Shown here piece after piece: positions 49,732 through 62,273 of a DNA stretch of 64,000 nt (position 1 is the stretch's first letter; every line of letters starts with the position of its first letter). Under the pieces are notes generated by a model, which saw only the letters and a program-made list of their open reading frames with translations, did no database searches and was not told the DNA's origin. The translations under genes and the position numbers were made by a program. The stretch covers positions 10,664,001 through 10,728,000 of the forward strand of contig JBHGNT010000015.1 of NCBI GenBank assembly GCA_043228905.1, read 5' to 3'. Origin of the DNA: Azolla caroliniana (taxonomy: Eukaryota > Plantae > Polypodiophyta).

Positions 49732-52700
49732 TGTAGAAAATACCGTGCGGAAGCAAGTATGAAGACCGAACAGAAGGGAGGAAACTCAGGTTCAATGGAG
49801 ATCTTGGGCTTACACGGTATACACAGGAGAGACAGAGAGAGAAAGCAAAAACACTATATTCAATAATAATACTCAGTCTGTACATAAGACGTGCTCAGTG
49901 AGGACTTTTATACAAGTCCTAAAAGGACTGACCGAAGTACTGACAGTACTTCAATGCTCATCAAGAGCCCCTACACTAACTCCCAAATATATTCCTCACG
50001 GAATATCTTTCCTAACGACTTCCCGGTTTACACACTCGGCCTAACCGGTCGGTCCTCGGCTTCTTCAGCTGATCCGGCTGATGTTGAGCTTGTCTCTCAA
50101 CACTCCCCCTCAAGCTCAACTTGAGGCTCTTCGGGATCTTCACAGCACCAGTTCCTCCTGGCTTCACTCCTCGGCCTGTTTGACTCCACGCGCTTCGACC
50201 TTTCCGGTTGGCTTGTCTACTCATGTGGCCCTCATTAGCTCTTCTGTTGTTGCGGTGTTGACACTTCTTCTGTTGCCTTTTCTTCCGCTTGGGCCTCGGT
50301 TGATTCAGCGTGTCTGAATCAAACATCCGAACCGACTCGGATACCTCCGATCGGTCTTCACTCTCGTCCGAGTTGGCTGTCTCCAACTCGTCTTCGGTCT
50401 TCTCACCCTCGATGGCGTCATCCTCCTCATGCGTGGTTGGCTTCGACTCTCTCCTTCGGTTGCTCCCCTTTTGTCCGCTTTCGAACTTTTCCGCGGGTCC
50501 GCCCTCGGCTTCTTCAGCCGATCCGATGTCGAACTCGACAACCGACTCGGTGTCGCAGTGTCCGCTCCTTTCCTGCTGCTTTGCTTGGTCGTTCAGGACT
50601 GTTCTCCCCCTCAAGCTCGGCACATCGAGGTGACGCAACCCGAGCGCACATGAGAATTGCCGCAACTTGTCTAGACCAAGAGGCTTGGTGAAGATGTCGG
50701 CAGTTTGCCGATCCGTCGGAACGTACTGAAGTTCGACTTCACCGGAAAGGACACGCTCACAGACGAAATGGTAGTGCACCTCAATGTGCTTGGTCCATGC
50801 GTGGAAGACGGGGTTCTTCGCGAGCTGGATGCTGCTGAGGTTGTCGCAGTAGATCGTCGTCGGATCTGACACCTCCACGTGCAGGTCCTTAAGTAGCCGC
50901 TTCAACCATATGGCTTCGCATGTCGCGAGAGCCGCTCCTCGGTACTCAGCTTCGGTGCTCGACAGTGCAACTGTTGGCTGCTTCTTACTGCTCCACGCGA
51001 TCACGGCACTCCCGAGAGAGAACGCGTATCCAGACGTGGATCGGCGATCGGTGGCGTTGCCAGCCCAATCAGCATCGGTGTAGCCAACTAACTGCGCGGT
51101 TGTACCGGTCCGATATAGCAGTCCTCGGTCCTTAGTGCCACTTACGTATCGCAGTACGCGTTGCGCACACTGAAGGTGCTCCTCGGTAGGTCGCGCCATG
51201 AACTGACTGATCACCCCGACTGGATAACTAAGGTCGGGTCGGGTGATGGTCAAGTATATGAGGCTTCCGACAATTTGCCAGAACCTCGTCGGGTCGCATA
51301 CCTTTCCCGTATCGGGACGAAGCTTGATGGTTCTATCCAGAGGAGTCGAGACGGTCTTACAGTCGGCCATCCCGAATTTGAAGAGCATACTCAGCACGTA
51401 GTGACGTTGGCTGATCAATATGCCTTCGGGGGTACGGATCACTTCGATCCTGAGGAAGTAATGAAGGTCCCCCAGATCCTTCATGTCGAACGATGCCGCA
51501 AGCTGGAGCTTCACGCGGTCGATTTCACCTAGGTCGGCACCGGTGATGACCAAGTCATCAACATACAGTAAAATACTAACCGGTCCGAGTCGACCTTTTC
51601 GGATGAACAGGGAAGAGTCCGATTTTGACGTGACGAAGCCCATCCGACGCAGTTGTTGCGTGATCTTCGCGTTCCAGGCACGCGGGGCTTGCTTCAGTCC
51701 GTAAAGGGACTTCTTCAATCGGCATACTGCCGAGGAGTTCGTTCCGGAGTGAAATCCGGGGGGCTGTACCATGTACACCTGTTCCTCAAGGTCACCTTGT
51801 AGGAACGCATTCTTTACATCCATCTGATGTAAGTGCCACCCCTTCGCCGCAGCTACTGCCAGCAAAACACGGACGGTCGTCATTTTCGCGACCGGCGCAA
51901 ACGTCTCATCGTAGTCGATGTCGTGTTTCTGCGCGTAGCCCTTTGCCACTAGCCGAGCCTTGTACCGGTTGACCGAGCCATTGGTGTTGTACTTGACCTT
52001 GTACACCCATCTATAGTTGATCGGCTTCACACCCTTCGGTGCGTCAACAAGGTCCCAGGTCTCGTTCTCCGCCAATGCGCATCTCTTCCTCCATCGTGGC
52101 GCGCCAATTCGCGTCCTTCGCCGCTTCTACGTAGCTCTCCGGCCCACGCACTTCCGCTACACGGGTCATGTACGCATAATGATGCGCCATGTACTCGTTG
52201 TATCCGAACCGCACAACTGGGTTCTTCTGGCGGGTAGATTGGCGTAATCTCACATTAGCCGATGTCGAGGCCTTCTCGGTCGACGTGGTCTTCACCTTTA
52301 AAGACCCCTCACCGGTTCCCTCGGAGTCGGACTCACGTCGGTCTGACTCGTTCCTTTTCGTGCCGGAATCCGACACCTTCTTCTTCCCTTTTGCTTTGCG
52401 TGTAAGCCGTCTCCTCGGCTTCCTGCGCGGGGAATGCATGGCCGAGTCTCCACTACTCGTTGGCTCTTCATCGGACTAGTCGTACCGACTCAGTCGTCCA
52501 ATCGGTCCACTTAACCGGAGTGAAATCAGACTCTCTTCGCGGGTCTCGATTTCGGGCTCATCCGGAGGCATCTCGGCCTCGCTGACCTCATCGTCAGAAC
52601 ACGGATTGGACTCGGGGCTCGGAGTTGGGGGCTGGTACCAGGACGCGGACTCGTCAAACACAACGTCACGGCTAACGCACGCTTGTTTGGTGCGAGGGTT

Positions 52701-55321
52701 ATAGCACTTATAACCCTTCTGCTCGTCCGAGTAACCGACCAAGATGCAGTTCTCGGCCTTTGCGTCCAACTTCCTCCTTTTCTCCTTCAGTATATGCACA
52801 TACACAATGCTACCGAACACCCTCAAGTGTCGTAAGTTCGGCTTCGTTCCGAAATATAGGTCGTGCGCTGACACTTTGTCTCCGATCCGGTTCTGGATGT
52901 ATACCGCGGTCCTTACCGCCTCAGCCCAGTAGAACTTGGGCAAGCTCTTCTCCTCCAGCATTGCCCGTGCCGCTTCCACAATCGACCGGTTCTTCCTCTC
53001 GGCCACGCCGTTCTGCTCTGCGCCGAATTCCCATTTGTTGTAGATAACCGTTGAATTGACCGGAAAAGTACTCTTTCCCGCCATCCGACCGCAGACACTT
53101 GATCTTTCGTCCCGTTTCCGTTTCCACGAACCCTTTGAGGTTCCGGAAACAGTCAAAGACTTCGCTCTTCCTCTCAATGAGGTAGATCCACGTGTGCCGC
53201 GTGTGGTCGTCGATGAAGGAGACGAAATATCGGCTCCCGCCAAGACTAACGTTTTGTGCCGGCCCCCATACATCGGAGTGTATAATGTCGAGCTTATTCC
53301 GGCTCCGATTTCGCTCCTTGGGGAAAGGAAGTCGGTGTTGCTTCCCGAGCTGGTAGGCTTCACAAATTTGTGCCTTTCGGCCACTAAATTTGGGCAATCC
53401 GAATACTACTTGTTTCGATTGCAGATCTTGAAGCCGTTGGTGGTTGATGTGGCCTATCCGCTTGTGCCACAAGTCGATGTCTGACTCAGTCTTTTGTCCC
53501 TTCGCGAACATTGCGGTGCCGCCGTCAGTGGAGTCAAGGATGAACATCCTCCCGTCTCTACGCCCTTGCGCAATCACATGGCCTTCTTCCTCAATGAAGC
53601 ACCCGAGGTGTGTAAACCAAACCTCCATCCCTTGGTCGACGATCTGTCCGACCGAGACCAAGTTTTAAGTGATTGTCGGAACGTGCAGCACGTTCATGAG
53701 TTTCCCTTTCTGCCCGACATGGCTAAGGGGAACTTCTCCGACATTCGCGATCGGATGCGGAGTGTCATCTCCTGTTGCGACTACTCCAGGTTGTATCGGT
53801 TTTTCAAGGTACGAGAACCACTCCTTATGGCTCGTCATGTGGTTTGACGCGCCGGAGTCTACGTACCACACCTGGTCCGATCTCGGGGTGGTCTGCTTCA
53901 TTGAGTTTGCTTCGTGTCTCGTCACGAAGGCAGTCCCTTCTCCGGCTCTCCCGGAGTCTTCGGCGTAGTGCGATCGCTGCCGATTTCCCTTGTCGGTATG
54001 TCTGGAGCCGTTCCCGGAACCAATTCTCTCCGAATCGGCGCGCTTCTTCCAGCACTCACTTTCCTTGTGGCCTTTCTTGCCACAGTACCAGCAGTCCGCG
54101 ATGGACTTCCCTTGCCGGTTCTCATCGCTTCGACTCCCCCTGTTTCCGGAGGGTCCGGAGTTGCTGTCGGCATCACTTCGGTGCCTTCTTTCTTGATCTC
54201 GTCGGCCGCCTCCATTGCGTGCCGACTCGCCTCGTCCTCCACGTCCACGGGGCCTATCTCCCTCCGTGTACAACATTCTGTTGTCAGTGTGCGTGCTTGT
54301 AGACGCACCCGCGTGGTTCTCCTCTACTAGGAGCATCGACTGTAAGTCAAAAAAGGACGGCGTATTCTCCCGGGTACACACAACCGTTTGGAACGCTCCG
54401 AACTTCGACGCCAAACCTCCGAGACAGATCTGGACCATCTCGCTCTCCTCGATGTTCACCTCTATGGAGGCGATGGAGTTGCAGATATCCTTGATCTTCG
54501 AGGTATAGTCCGCCACCGACAAGTCGCGTTGTCGTAGGTTGCTCAACTCCTGTCGGAGCTGAAGCTTCCTGGCTGTGGTGCTCGCGGCGAAAATCTTCTT
54601 CAGATTTTCCCACGCACCCTTCGGCGTCTTTGCATCCCGAACATAGCTCAATAGTTGTTCGCTCACACACAATGCGAAGCAGTACAATACCCTGCTCGCC
54701 GATTGTTCCCACGACGGGAAGTCTTTGTGTGTCGATTCGGGTGCCGCGTCATTAGCTCCTTCGACATAACTCTAGTAGCCGTGCCCGAGCAGGTACTGGT
54801 GCATCTTGTAGGACCAAGACGCGTAGTTGGTTCTGTCGAGCTTCTCTGTTGGAAGCGAGCTCACCATGCCTCTATCCATCGTTCTTCTTGTTCTTCTTCG
54901 TCAAGCTGTGTCGGCTGCAGAGAGGTTCTCAACCCTCGCGCTCTAATACCATGTAGAAAATACCGTGCGGAAACAAGTATGAAGATCGAACAGAAGGGAG
55001 GAAACTCAGGTTCAATGGAGAGCTTGGGCTTACACGGTATACGCAGGAGAGACAGAGAGAGAAAGCGGAAACACTATATTCAATAATAATACTCAGTCTG
55101 TACATAAGACATGCTCAGTGAGCACTTTTATACAAGTCCTAAAAGGACTGACCGAAGTACTGATAGTACTTCAATGCTCATCAAGAGCCCCTACACTAAC
55201 TCCCAAATATATTCCTCACGGAATACTTTCCTAACGACTTCCCGGTTTACGCACTCGGCCTAACCAATCGGTCCTCGACTTCTTCAGCCGATCCGGCCGA
55301 TGTTGAGATTGTCTCTCAACA
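49732..55321 (-). mobile_element. Ty1/Copia element B, structurally complete: LTRs 54952-55321 and 49732-50102, PBS 54940-54951, PPT 50103-50111, TSD GCTTG
   Basis: TG...CA LTRs about 95-96% identical by hand count. GCTTG at 49727-49731 and 55322-55326. Removing the element restores the LINE RT frame EYMLAISQIYEK. gag/PR/INT/RT/RH motifs present with several frameshifts. Confidence 0.97.
50012..52075 (-). CDS. Copia B RT-RNase H with a ~200-aa charged C-terminal extension (part of a frameshifted gag-pol)
   Basis: YKARLVAKG, QMDVKNAFL, LYGLKQAPRAW, LYVDD, GYTDADWAG, KHIEVHYHF, ADIFTKPL, then an acidic/basic tail running into the LTR. Confidence 0.85.
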   Translation of the reverse strand: MAENETWDLVDAPKGVKPINYRWVYKVKYNTNGSVNRYKARLVAKGYAQKHDIDYDETFAPVAKMTTVRVLLAVAAAKGWHLHQMDVKNAFLQGDLEEQVYMVQPPGFHSGTNSSAVCRLKKSLYGLKQAPRAWNAKITQQLRRMGFVTSKSDSSLFIRKGRLGPVSILLYVDDLVITGADLGEIDRVKLQLAASFDMKDLGDLHYFLRIEVIRTPEGILISQRHYVLSMLFKFGMADCKTVSTPLDRTIKLRPDTGKVCDPTRFWQIVGSLIYLTITRPDLSYPVGVISQFMARPTEEHLQCAQRVLRYVSGTKDRGLLYRTGTTAQLVGYTDADWAGNATDRRSTSGYAFSLGSAVIAWSSKKQPTVALSSTEAEYRGAALATCEAIWLKRLLKDLHVEVSDPTTIYCDNLSSIQLAKNPVFHAWTKHIEVHYHFVCERVLSGEVELQYVPTDRQTADIFTKPLGLDKLRQFSCALGLRHLDVPSLRGRTVLNDQAKQQERSGHCDTESVVEFDIGSAEEAEGGPAEKFESGQKGSNRRRESKPTTHEEDDAIEGEKTEDELETANSDESEDRSEVSESVRMFDSDTLNQPRPKRKKRQQKKCQHRNNRRANEGHMSRQANRKGRSAWSQTGRGVKPGGTGAVKIPKSLKLSLRGSVERQAQHQPDQLKKPRTDRLGRVCKPGSR

Positions 55322-56826
55322 GCTTGCAATTTCCCAAATTTATGAGAAGGTTATATGTTGTGTGCGCATGAGAGATAAACTTTCAGATTTTTTCAAAAGC
55401 ACTATTGGTGTTAAGCAAGGATGCCCACTCTCACCAACACTATTTGGTCTATGCATTGATGAATTGGAAGAAATGGTTACCAAGTTTGCAAAGGAAGAAT
55501 GTGTTGAAGAAGTTGCCATTGGGAATGTTGTGATTATGCTTTTGCTATATGCAGATGATGTAGTGCTTTTTGCAAATACTTTAGGAGATGCACAAAAGCT
55601 TATGAAGGCATTGGAAAAATTTTGCATGCATACTAAATTAAGTGTCAATAGCTCTAAAACAAAGATTATGCTTGTGAAGAGCCAAAAAAGAGATAAACCA
55701 TGCATTATGTAAAACAATGAGCCACTTGAATGTGTGGAAAGCTTCAAATATCTTGGCCTTGAAATTCCTTCAAATCATAGATGGAATGAATGTGCTACAC
55801 ACCGCTTAGAGGCGAGCAAGCGAGCATACTATGCATTTGAGAACACATGCAATCTTGGAGATATTAAGTGTTGGGTCCTCAAGAAATATCTTTTCGACAC
55901 TTTGGTGACACCGGTTCTTCTCTATGGGGTGGAAGTATGGGGTGGTAGCATTCCTAAATCTATGTGGAAAGAGTTTGAAAATGTCCAAAAGCATTTTCTT
56001 ACCAAGTTTCTACAAGTTAAGAAACAAACGCCCTACACCCTCCTCCTCCTTGAGACGGGATCGCTTCCCATTGAGATCATGGCCATGGAAAGGGTTGTTG
56101 AATACATGCTTAAGGTTCAAAAAAGTCCCTCACATCGACTTCCTAGAATTGCGTGGGAAGCAAGCAAAAAGATCCAAAAGACACATAAAAGAAAAAATTT
56201 GTGTTCCGGTTGGATGCAAGATATAGAAAAATGGTTTGGTAGATGGGATGCAAGACACTTGCTTCATGATGCATCATTAGATTCCTCTGTAAATGAGGCA
56301 TTTTTGCAACGCCAATGTATCATGACATGGGACAAATGTGGAGGCTCACGCTTCACACATTATACTACACATGTTGCACCTAACTACAAAACCATATTCT
56401 TTGCGGAACAGGGAAATCGTACACATCCATACATGTTAGAGCCCATACCGTTATCTTCCATTCGAACCATTGCTTCCATGCGACTTAGCTCACATGCATT
56501 GCGATGTGAAACAGGGCGTTGGGGTACAAGTGATGAGAGTGGTCGGCTATGCACACTTTGCCCTAAACAAGTTTGCGAGTCTGAGTATCACACTTTGATA
56601 CAATGCTCTGCCTTTGATCATATTCGACCATGCTTTCCACATCTCTTCGATCGAGCCCAATCTTTGCATGAATTCCTCTCACAACCACAATGTGCACTCT
56701 CGATTGCAACATTCATTGGTAAAGTTCTTGAACATCGAGAGTCACTACTCACTTTCACACGTATCACGTGAAATGTAATATTTTTGGTCTCATAGGTCAT
56801 ATTTGACCTCCGAAGACGATAATATA

Positions 56827-56860
<34 letters not shown>
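56827..56860 (+). repeat. (ATCT)n tail of the LINE
   Basis: About 8 ATCT units, 55 bp after the ORF2 stop. Confidence 0.9.
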
Positions 56861-59800
56861 TTGTCTCTCCCGCGTACTCTCTCTCTCTCTTTGTGTATTG
56901 TTTTTTCTAATGCTTCCGCAAGCAATCTTTTACATGGTATCAGAGCAGGTGGGTTGAGAACCTCTGCTGCAGACATCTACGCTTGTGAAGGAAACCCTAA
57001 CAGATCAGAAAACAGACACAAAAGGAGAAATGGACAGAGGTATGGCTACGTTGCTCCCGGTGGAGAAGCTCAACAGAACCAACTACGCATCTTGGTCATA
57101 CAAGATGCACCAGTACCTGCTTGGGCATGGCTACTAAAGTTATGCGATGGAGTGAACGACTCAACACTGGAAATGACACACAAGGACTTCCCAGTGTGGG
57201 AATAGGCGGCAAGCAGGGTGATGTATTGCTTCGCGTCCAATGTCAGTGACCAGCTGCTCAGCCATATCCGTGACGCCAAGACACCGAAGGATGCTTGGGG
57301 AAACTTGAAAAAGGTCTTTGCCGCAAGCACCACTGCCCGGAAGCTGCAACTCAGACAGGAGTTGAGCAATGTTCGATAGAAGAACATGTCGGTGGCAGAT
57401 TACACAGACCGGATCAAAGGGATCTGTGACTCGCTTGCCTCTATTAACGTCACCATAGAGGAAGACGAGATGGTGCAGGTCTGTCTTGGAGGCCTGGCGT
57501 CCAAGTTCGGAGCTTTCCAGATTGCGGTTTGTACAAGGGAGAATACGCCCTCATTTTTCGACTTACAGTCGATGCTCCTTGTAGAGGAGAACCACGCCGG
57601 GGCATCTACCAGTGCATCCCCAGACAGCCGGATGTTGTACACGGGATCGGATCAGTCCCGCGGGCGTGGTGGACGAGGCATGTCGGCACGCAATGGAGGC
57701 GGCCGACAAGAGCAGGAACGAAGGCACAGTGAGCGTGCCGACAGCAGTTCCGGGACTTCCACAAGCAAGGGGAAGTCAAGGTGGTGCCGGAGGCCGGCAA
57801 GACAAATCCGCTACGGAATGCTGGTACTTTGGCAAAAAGGGCCACAGGGAAAGCGAGTGCTGGGGAAAGCGTGCCGATTCGGACAAATCCGGATTCGGCA
57901 AGACCGGTAAGGAAGGCTGGCAAAGCTCGCACTACGCAAACGGATCGGGAGGATCCAAGAACGGTAAGGGGCCAGCCTTGGTGATGAAGCACAAGGCAAA
58001 CTCAATGAAGAAGACCACTTCCAAATCGGAGGAAGTGTGGTACGTTGACTCCGGCGCATCGAACCACATGACGAGCCACGAGGAGTGGTTCTCCTTTTTG
58101 GAGAAGCCGGATCAACCGGGAGTTGTCGAAACCGGAGATGACACTCCCCACCCGATCATGCACGTCGGAGAAGTTCCTTTGAGCCACGTCGGATAGAGGG
58201 GGAAGCTGATGAATGTATTACATGTTCCGACGATCACGAAGAACCTGGTGTCGGTCGGACAGATCATCGTCCAGGGGATGCAGGTGCGGTTTACGCACCT
58301 CGGGTGCTTCATTGAGGATGAGGGCGAAGTTATTGCGCAAGGGCGCAGAGATGGGAGGATGTTTATCCTCAATACCAATGACGTCGGCACCGCACTGTTC
58401 GCCAAAGGACAGAAGGTCGAGTCGGATATCGACCTGTGGCACAAGCGGATCGGCCACGTCAACTACCGGAGGCTTCAAGACCTGCAAACGGAACAAGTCG
58501 TTTTCGGTTTGCCGAAGTTTAGTGGCCGGAGAGCCCAGATTTGTGAAGCCTGCCAACTCGGGAAGCAACACCGGCTTCCATTCCCCACCAAAAGAAATCG
58601 AAGCCATAACAAGCTCGATCTTATCCATTCGGATGTGTGGGGACCGGCACAAAATGTTAGCATTGGCGGGAGTCGATATTTCGTCTCCTTCATCGATGAC
58701 TACACGTGGCATACGTGGATCTACCTCATTGAGTGGAAGAGCGAAGTCTTCGAGTGTTTCCGGAGCCTCCAGAAGATGGTGGAACGGGAATCGAAGAGGA
58801 AGATCAAATGCCTACGGTCGGATGGCGGAAAAGAGTACTTTTCCGGCCAATTCAACAACTATCTGCAACAAAAAGGAATTCGGCGAGAATTCAACTGCAG
58901 ATACACACCGCAACAGAACGGTGTGGCCGAAAGGAAGAATCGGTCGCTGATTGACGTGGCTAGGGCAATGCTGGAGGAAAAGTTCTACTGGGCGGAGGCG
59001 GTCCAAACGGCCGTTTACATCCAGAAGCGGATCGGGGACAAGGTGTCAGCTCATGAGCTGTATTTCGGGCGCAAGCCGAATTTGAGACACCTTCGGATAT
59101 TCGGCAGCTTAGCCTATGTACATGTGCCAGATGAGAAGCGGAGAAAGGTGGATGCAAAATCGGAAAAATGCATCCTAGTCGGCTATGCTCAAGAGCAAAA
59201 GGGGTATAAGTGTTATAACCCCCGGACGAAGCAGGTCTGAGTCAGCCGAGATGTCGAGTTTGATGAATCGGCATCGTGGTATTCCTTATCGACTCTGACT
59301 TCCGATCCCGACTTGATGTCGGAGGATGGGGCTAGTGAGCCCGAACCGGCCCAGGTAGAGAAAGATGAAGCCGGGACTCAAGATGAGAGTCCGGAATCGT
59401 TCCGGTTAAGCGGACCGAATGAGAGACTGGATCAGTCCAACCAGTCAGATGATGAGACAACAAGTAATGGAGACTCTGGCGTGCTCTCCCCGTGCAAGGA
59501 ACCGAGGAGACGGTTCACACACAAAGAGAAAGAGAAGCAGAAGATGCCGGAATTCGAGACCGGCAATGATGAGTCCGATCAGTGCGTATCTGACTTCGGC
59601 AAGGCAGATCTTCGGGAACGAAGACCGAACCAGCCAAGAAGGGTCTCATACCGGGTAAGGGTGAGTTACGCCGGTCCACCCGCCAGAAGGATCCCGTTAA
59701 ACGGTATGGGTATAATGAGTACATGGCGCATCATTATGCGTACATGACCAAGGTCGCGGAAGTGCGTGAGCCGGAGAGCTACGCAGAAGCGGCAAAGGAC

Positions 59801-62174
59801 GCAAATTGGCGTGCCGCTATGGAGGAAGAAATGCGGGCACTGGATGCCAACGGAACTTGGGACCTGGTTGACCCTCCCCATCACTGTAAACCGATTAGAT
59901 GCAAGAGGGTGTACAAGATAAAGTACAATGCCGACGATACAGTTAACCGGTACAAGGCCTGGTTAGTGGTGAAGGGATATGCGCAGACCCACGGAATCGA
60001 CTACGACGAGACCTTCGCTCTTGTAGCGAAGATGATGACGGTTCGTGTGGTACTGGTGGTTGCTGCGGCAAGGAGGTGGCATCTTCATCAGATGGATGTG
60101 AAGAATGCCTTCCTTCAAGGAGATCTTGAAGAAGAAGTCTTTATGACTCAGCCCCCCGGATTTCAGTCGGAGGTGAATAAGTCGGCGGTATGCCGGCTGA
60201 GGAAGTCGTTGTACAGCTTGAAGCAAGCCCCCCGTGCTTGGAATGCTAAGATCACGCACCGGTTGCGAAAGATGGGGTTTGTTGCTTCTAAGTCGGACTC
60301 TTCCCTGTTCATCCGTCAAGGCTCAAATGGTCCAGTATGTATCTTACTCTATGTTGATGATTTAGTCATCACCGGCCCAGGTCTTCCGGAAATCAACTGC
60401 GTCAAGTCCCAATTGTCGGACACATTTGATATGAAGGACTTGGGGGACCTTCATTATTTTTTGGGAATTGAGGTGATCCGCACCCCCAACGGCATATTGC
60501 TTTCTCAACCCCATTATGCGTTGAATATACTGTACAAGTTCGGCATGACGGAATGCCGACCTGTCTCCACACCCCTGGACCGGAATCAGAAGATCCGTCC
60601 CAACTCCGGACCAGCCTGCGATGAGAAACGGTTCCGACAAATAGTCGGAAGCCTGATCTACTTGACCATCACCTGACCCAACATTAGCTATTCGGTCGGA
60701 GTGGTAAGCCAATTCATGGAGAAGCCGACCGTGGAGCACCTTCAGTGAGCGCAACGAATACTGAGGTATGTAAGCGGCACTAAGGACCGGGGGCTCTTAT
60801 ACCGACAAGGTATAACCAAAGAGCTTGTCGGCTACACGGATGCCGACTGGGCTGGCGATGCAATGGATCGTCGCTCAACTTCAGGCTTTATGTTTTCTCT
60901 TGGGAGCGCGGCTGTTGCGTGGAGCAACAAAAAGCAACCAACAGTGGCTCTATCCAGCACTGAGGCTGAATACCGGGGCGCGACCGTTGCCACCTACGAA
61001 TCCATTTGGCTTCGGCGACTACTGGAAGACCTGTGGATCGAGGTACCAACCCCGATCCTGATCTACTGCGATAACCTCAGCAACATGCAGCTCGCCAAGA
61101 ACCCTGTGTTCCATGCTCGCACAAAGCACATAGAAGTGCATTATCACTTCGTGCGTGAGCGGGTCCTAAGCGGTGAAGTTGAACTATGGTATGTTCACAC
61201 GGATCGGCAAGTTGCCGACATCTTCACCAAGCCGCTCGGGTCGGACAAGTTGCAGCACTTTACCGAAATGCTTGGTGTTCAGCATCTCGACGTGCCGCAC
61301 TTGAGGGGGGGACGCAAGGGCAAAGACACTACCGAAATGAGCAAATGCAAAAAAACTATTGAACCCGTAGGTAAGAGAAGAACTAGTAGAGGTGGAGACA
61401 AGAAGAAAAATGAAGCCGAGTCGACGAAGGAAGTCGGCACATCCGAACAAGTCGGAGTGAGCGGTTGTGAAGAAGAATTGTACACTCAGGAAGAGAAGTG
61501 CATGCTATGCGGAGGTCATCACGATCGTAATGGCCATGATGCGGAGTTGAATGAAGAATTCGACTACGGTGAACCGGCTGAAGAGACCAAGGAGACACGG
61601 ATGCAGTGGAAGTCGATGCCATCGCGGAGGAACCGACGAATCGGCAAGCGTCGGAGTCATAGCAGCGAAGGAGCTGAGATGGGCCTATTGAGTAGACATG
61701 CCGAAGGTCGAGGCGTGCAGAACCAAAGGGGTCGCGACAAATGGGACCGGACTGGACAAGGAGCGCGAGCAAGGAGAAGCGACGCCAGGAGAAGTCAGTT
61801 GGAAGAACTGGCTGCCACAGAGGTTGACACTACGACCCTACCTCAGGTTGAGCTTGAGGGGGAGTGTTGAGCGGCAAGCTCAACCGGAGCCGAATCGGCT
61901 GAATAAGCATGAGCCGATAAGCGAGATGAATCAGTAAGGACCGGTGAGTTGGGGAGCCGGTATGCCGGATCCAATACGTAGCTGGAAGCCTAGTATAGGT
62001 TAGACTACTAGGCAGTTATAGTCTCATAGTTAGTGTCAGATGTTCGTGTGAGCATTGAAGTACACCGTACTTCTAACAGTCTCGTGTGGACTTGTATAAA
62101 TAGCGCTGATGAGCGCGTTGTAGATACAGAGAGAGCACAGAGTATTCATATAATTTTGAAGAATAGTGTGTCCT

Positions 62175-62212
<38 letters not shown>

Positions 62213-62273
62213 GCGTACTCTCTCTCTCTTTGTGTATTGTTTTTTCTAATGCTTCCTCAAGCAATCTTTTACA

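Larger units (their letters stand above)
46681..56860 (+). mobile_element. Near full-length non-LTR retrotransposon (RTE/RTEX-like), interrupted by Copia B
   Basis: ORF1 46926-47794 (coiled coil, RSKNIVVCGIKE, AHRVGK, RPIV). ORF2 has EN (GDMNAHT, SVIDY, SDHRPL), RT (GFRK, FVDFKKAFD, GVKQGCPLSPTLF, YADD, FKYLG) and C-terminal RLSSHALRCETGRW..CTLC..H....C. (ATCT)n 3' tail. Confidence 0.92.
46405..62273 (+). mobile_element. Ty1/Copia element A (decayed): split 5' LTR 46405-46680 + ~56864-56934, PBS 56935-56946, gag-pol ~57030-61870, PPT 61856-61864, 3' LTR 61865-62273
   Basis: Both halves of the 5' LTR match the 3' LTR (the first ~53 bp are missing). PBS TGGTATCAGAGC (tRNA-iMet). WYVDSGASNHMT, LWHKRIGH, CEACQLGKQHR, QQNGVAERKNR, QMDVKNAFLQG, LYVDD, RTKHIEVHYHF. 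Many stops. Confidence 0.95.
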
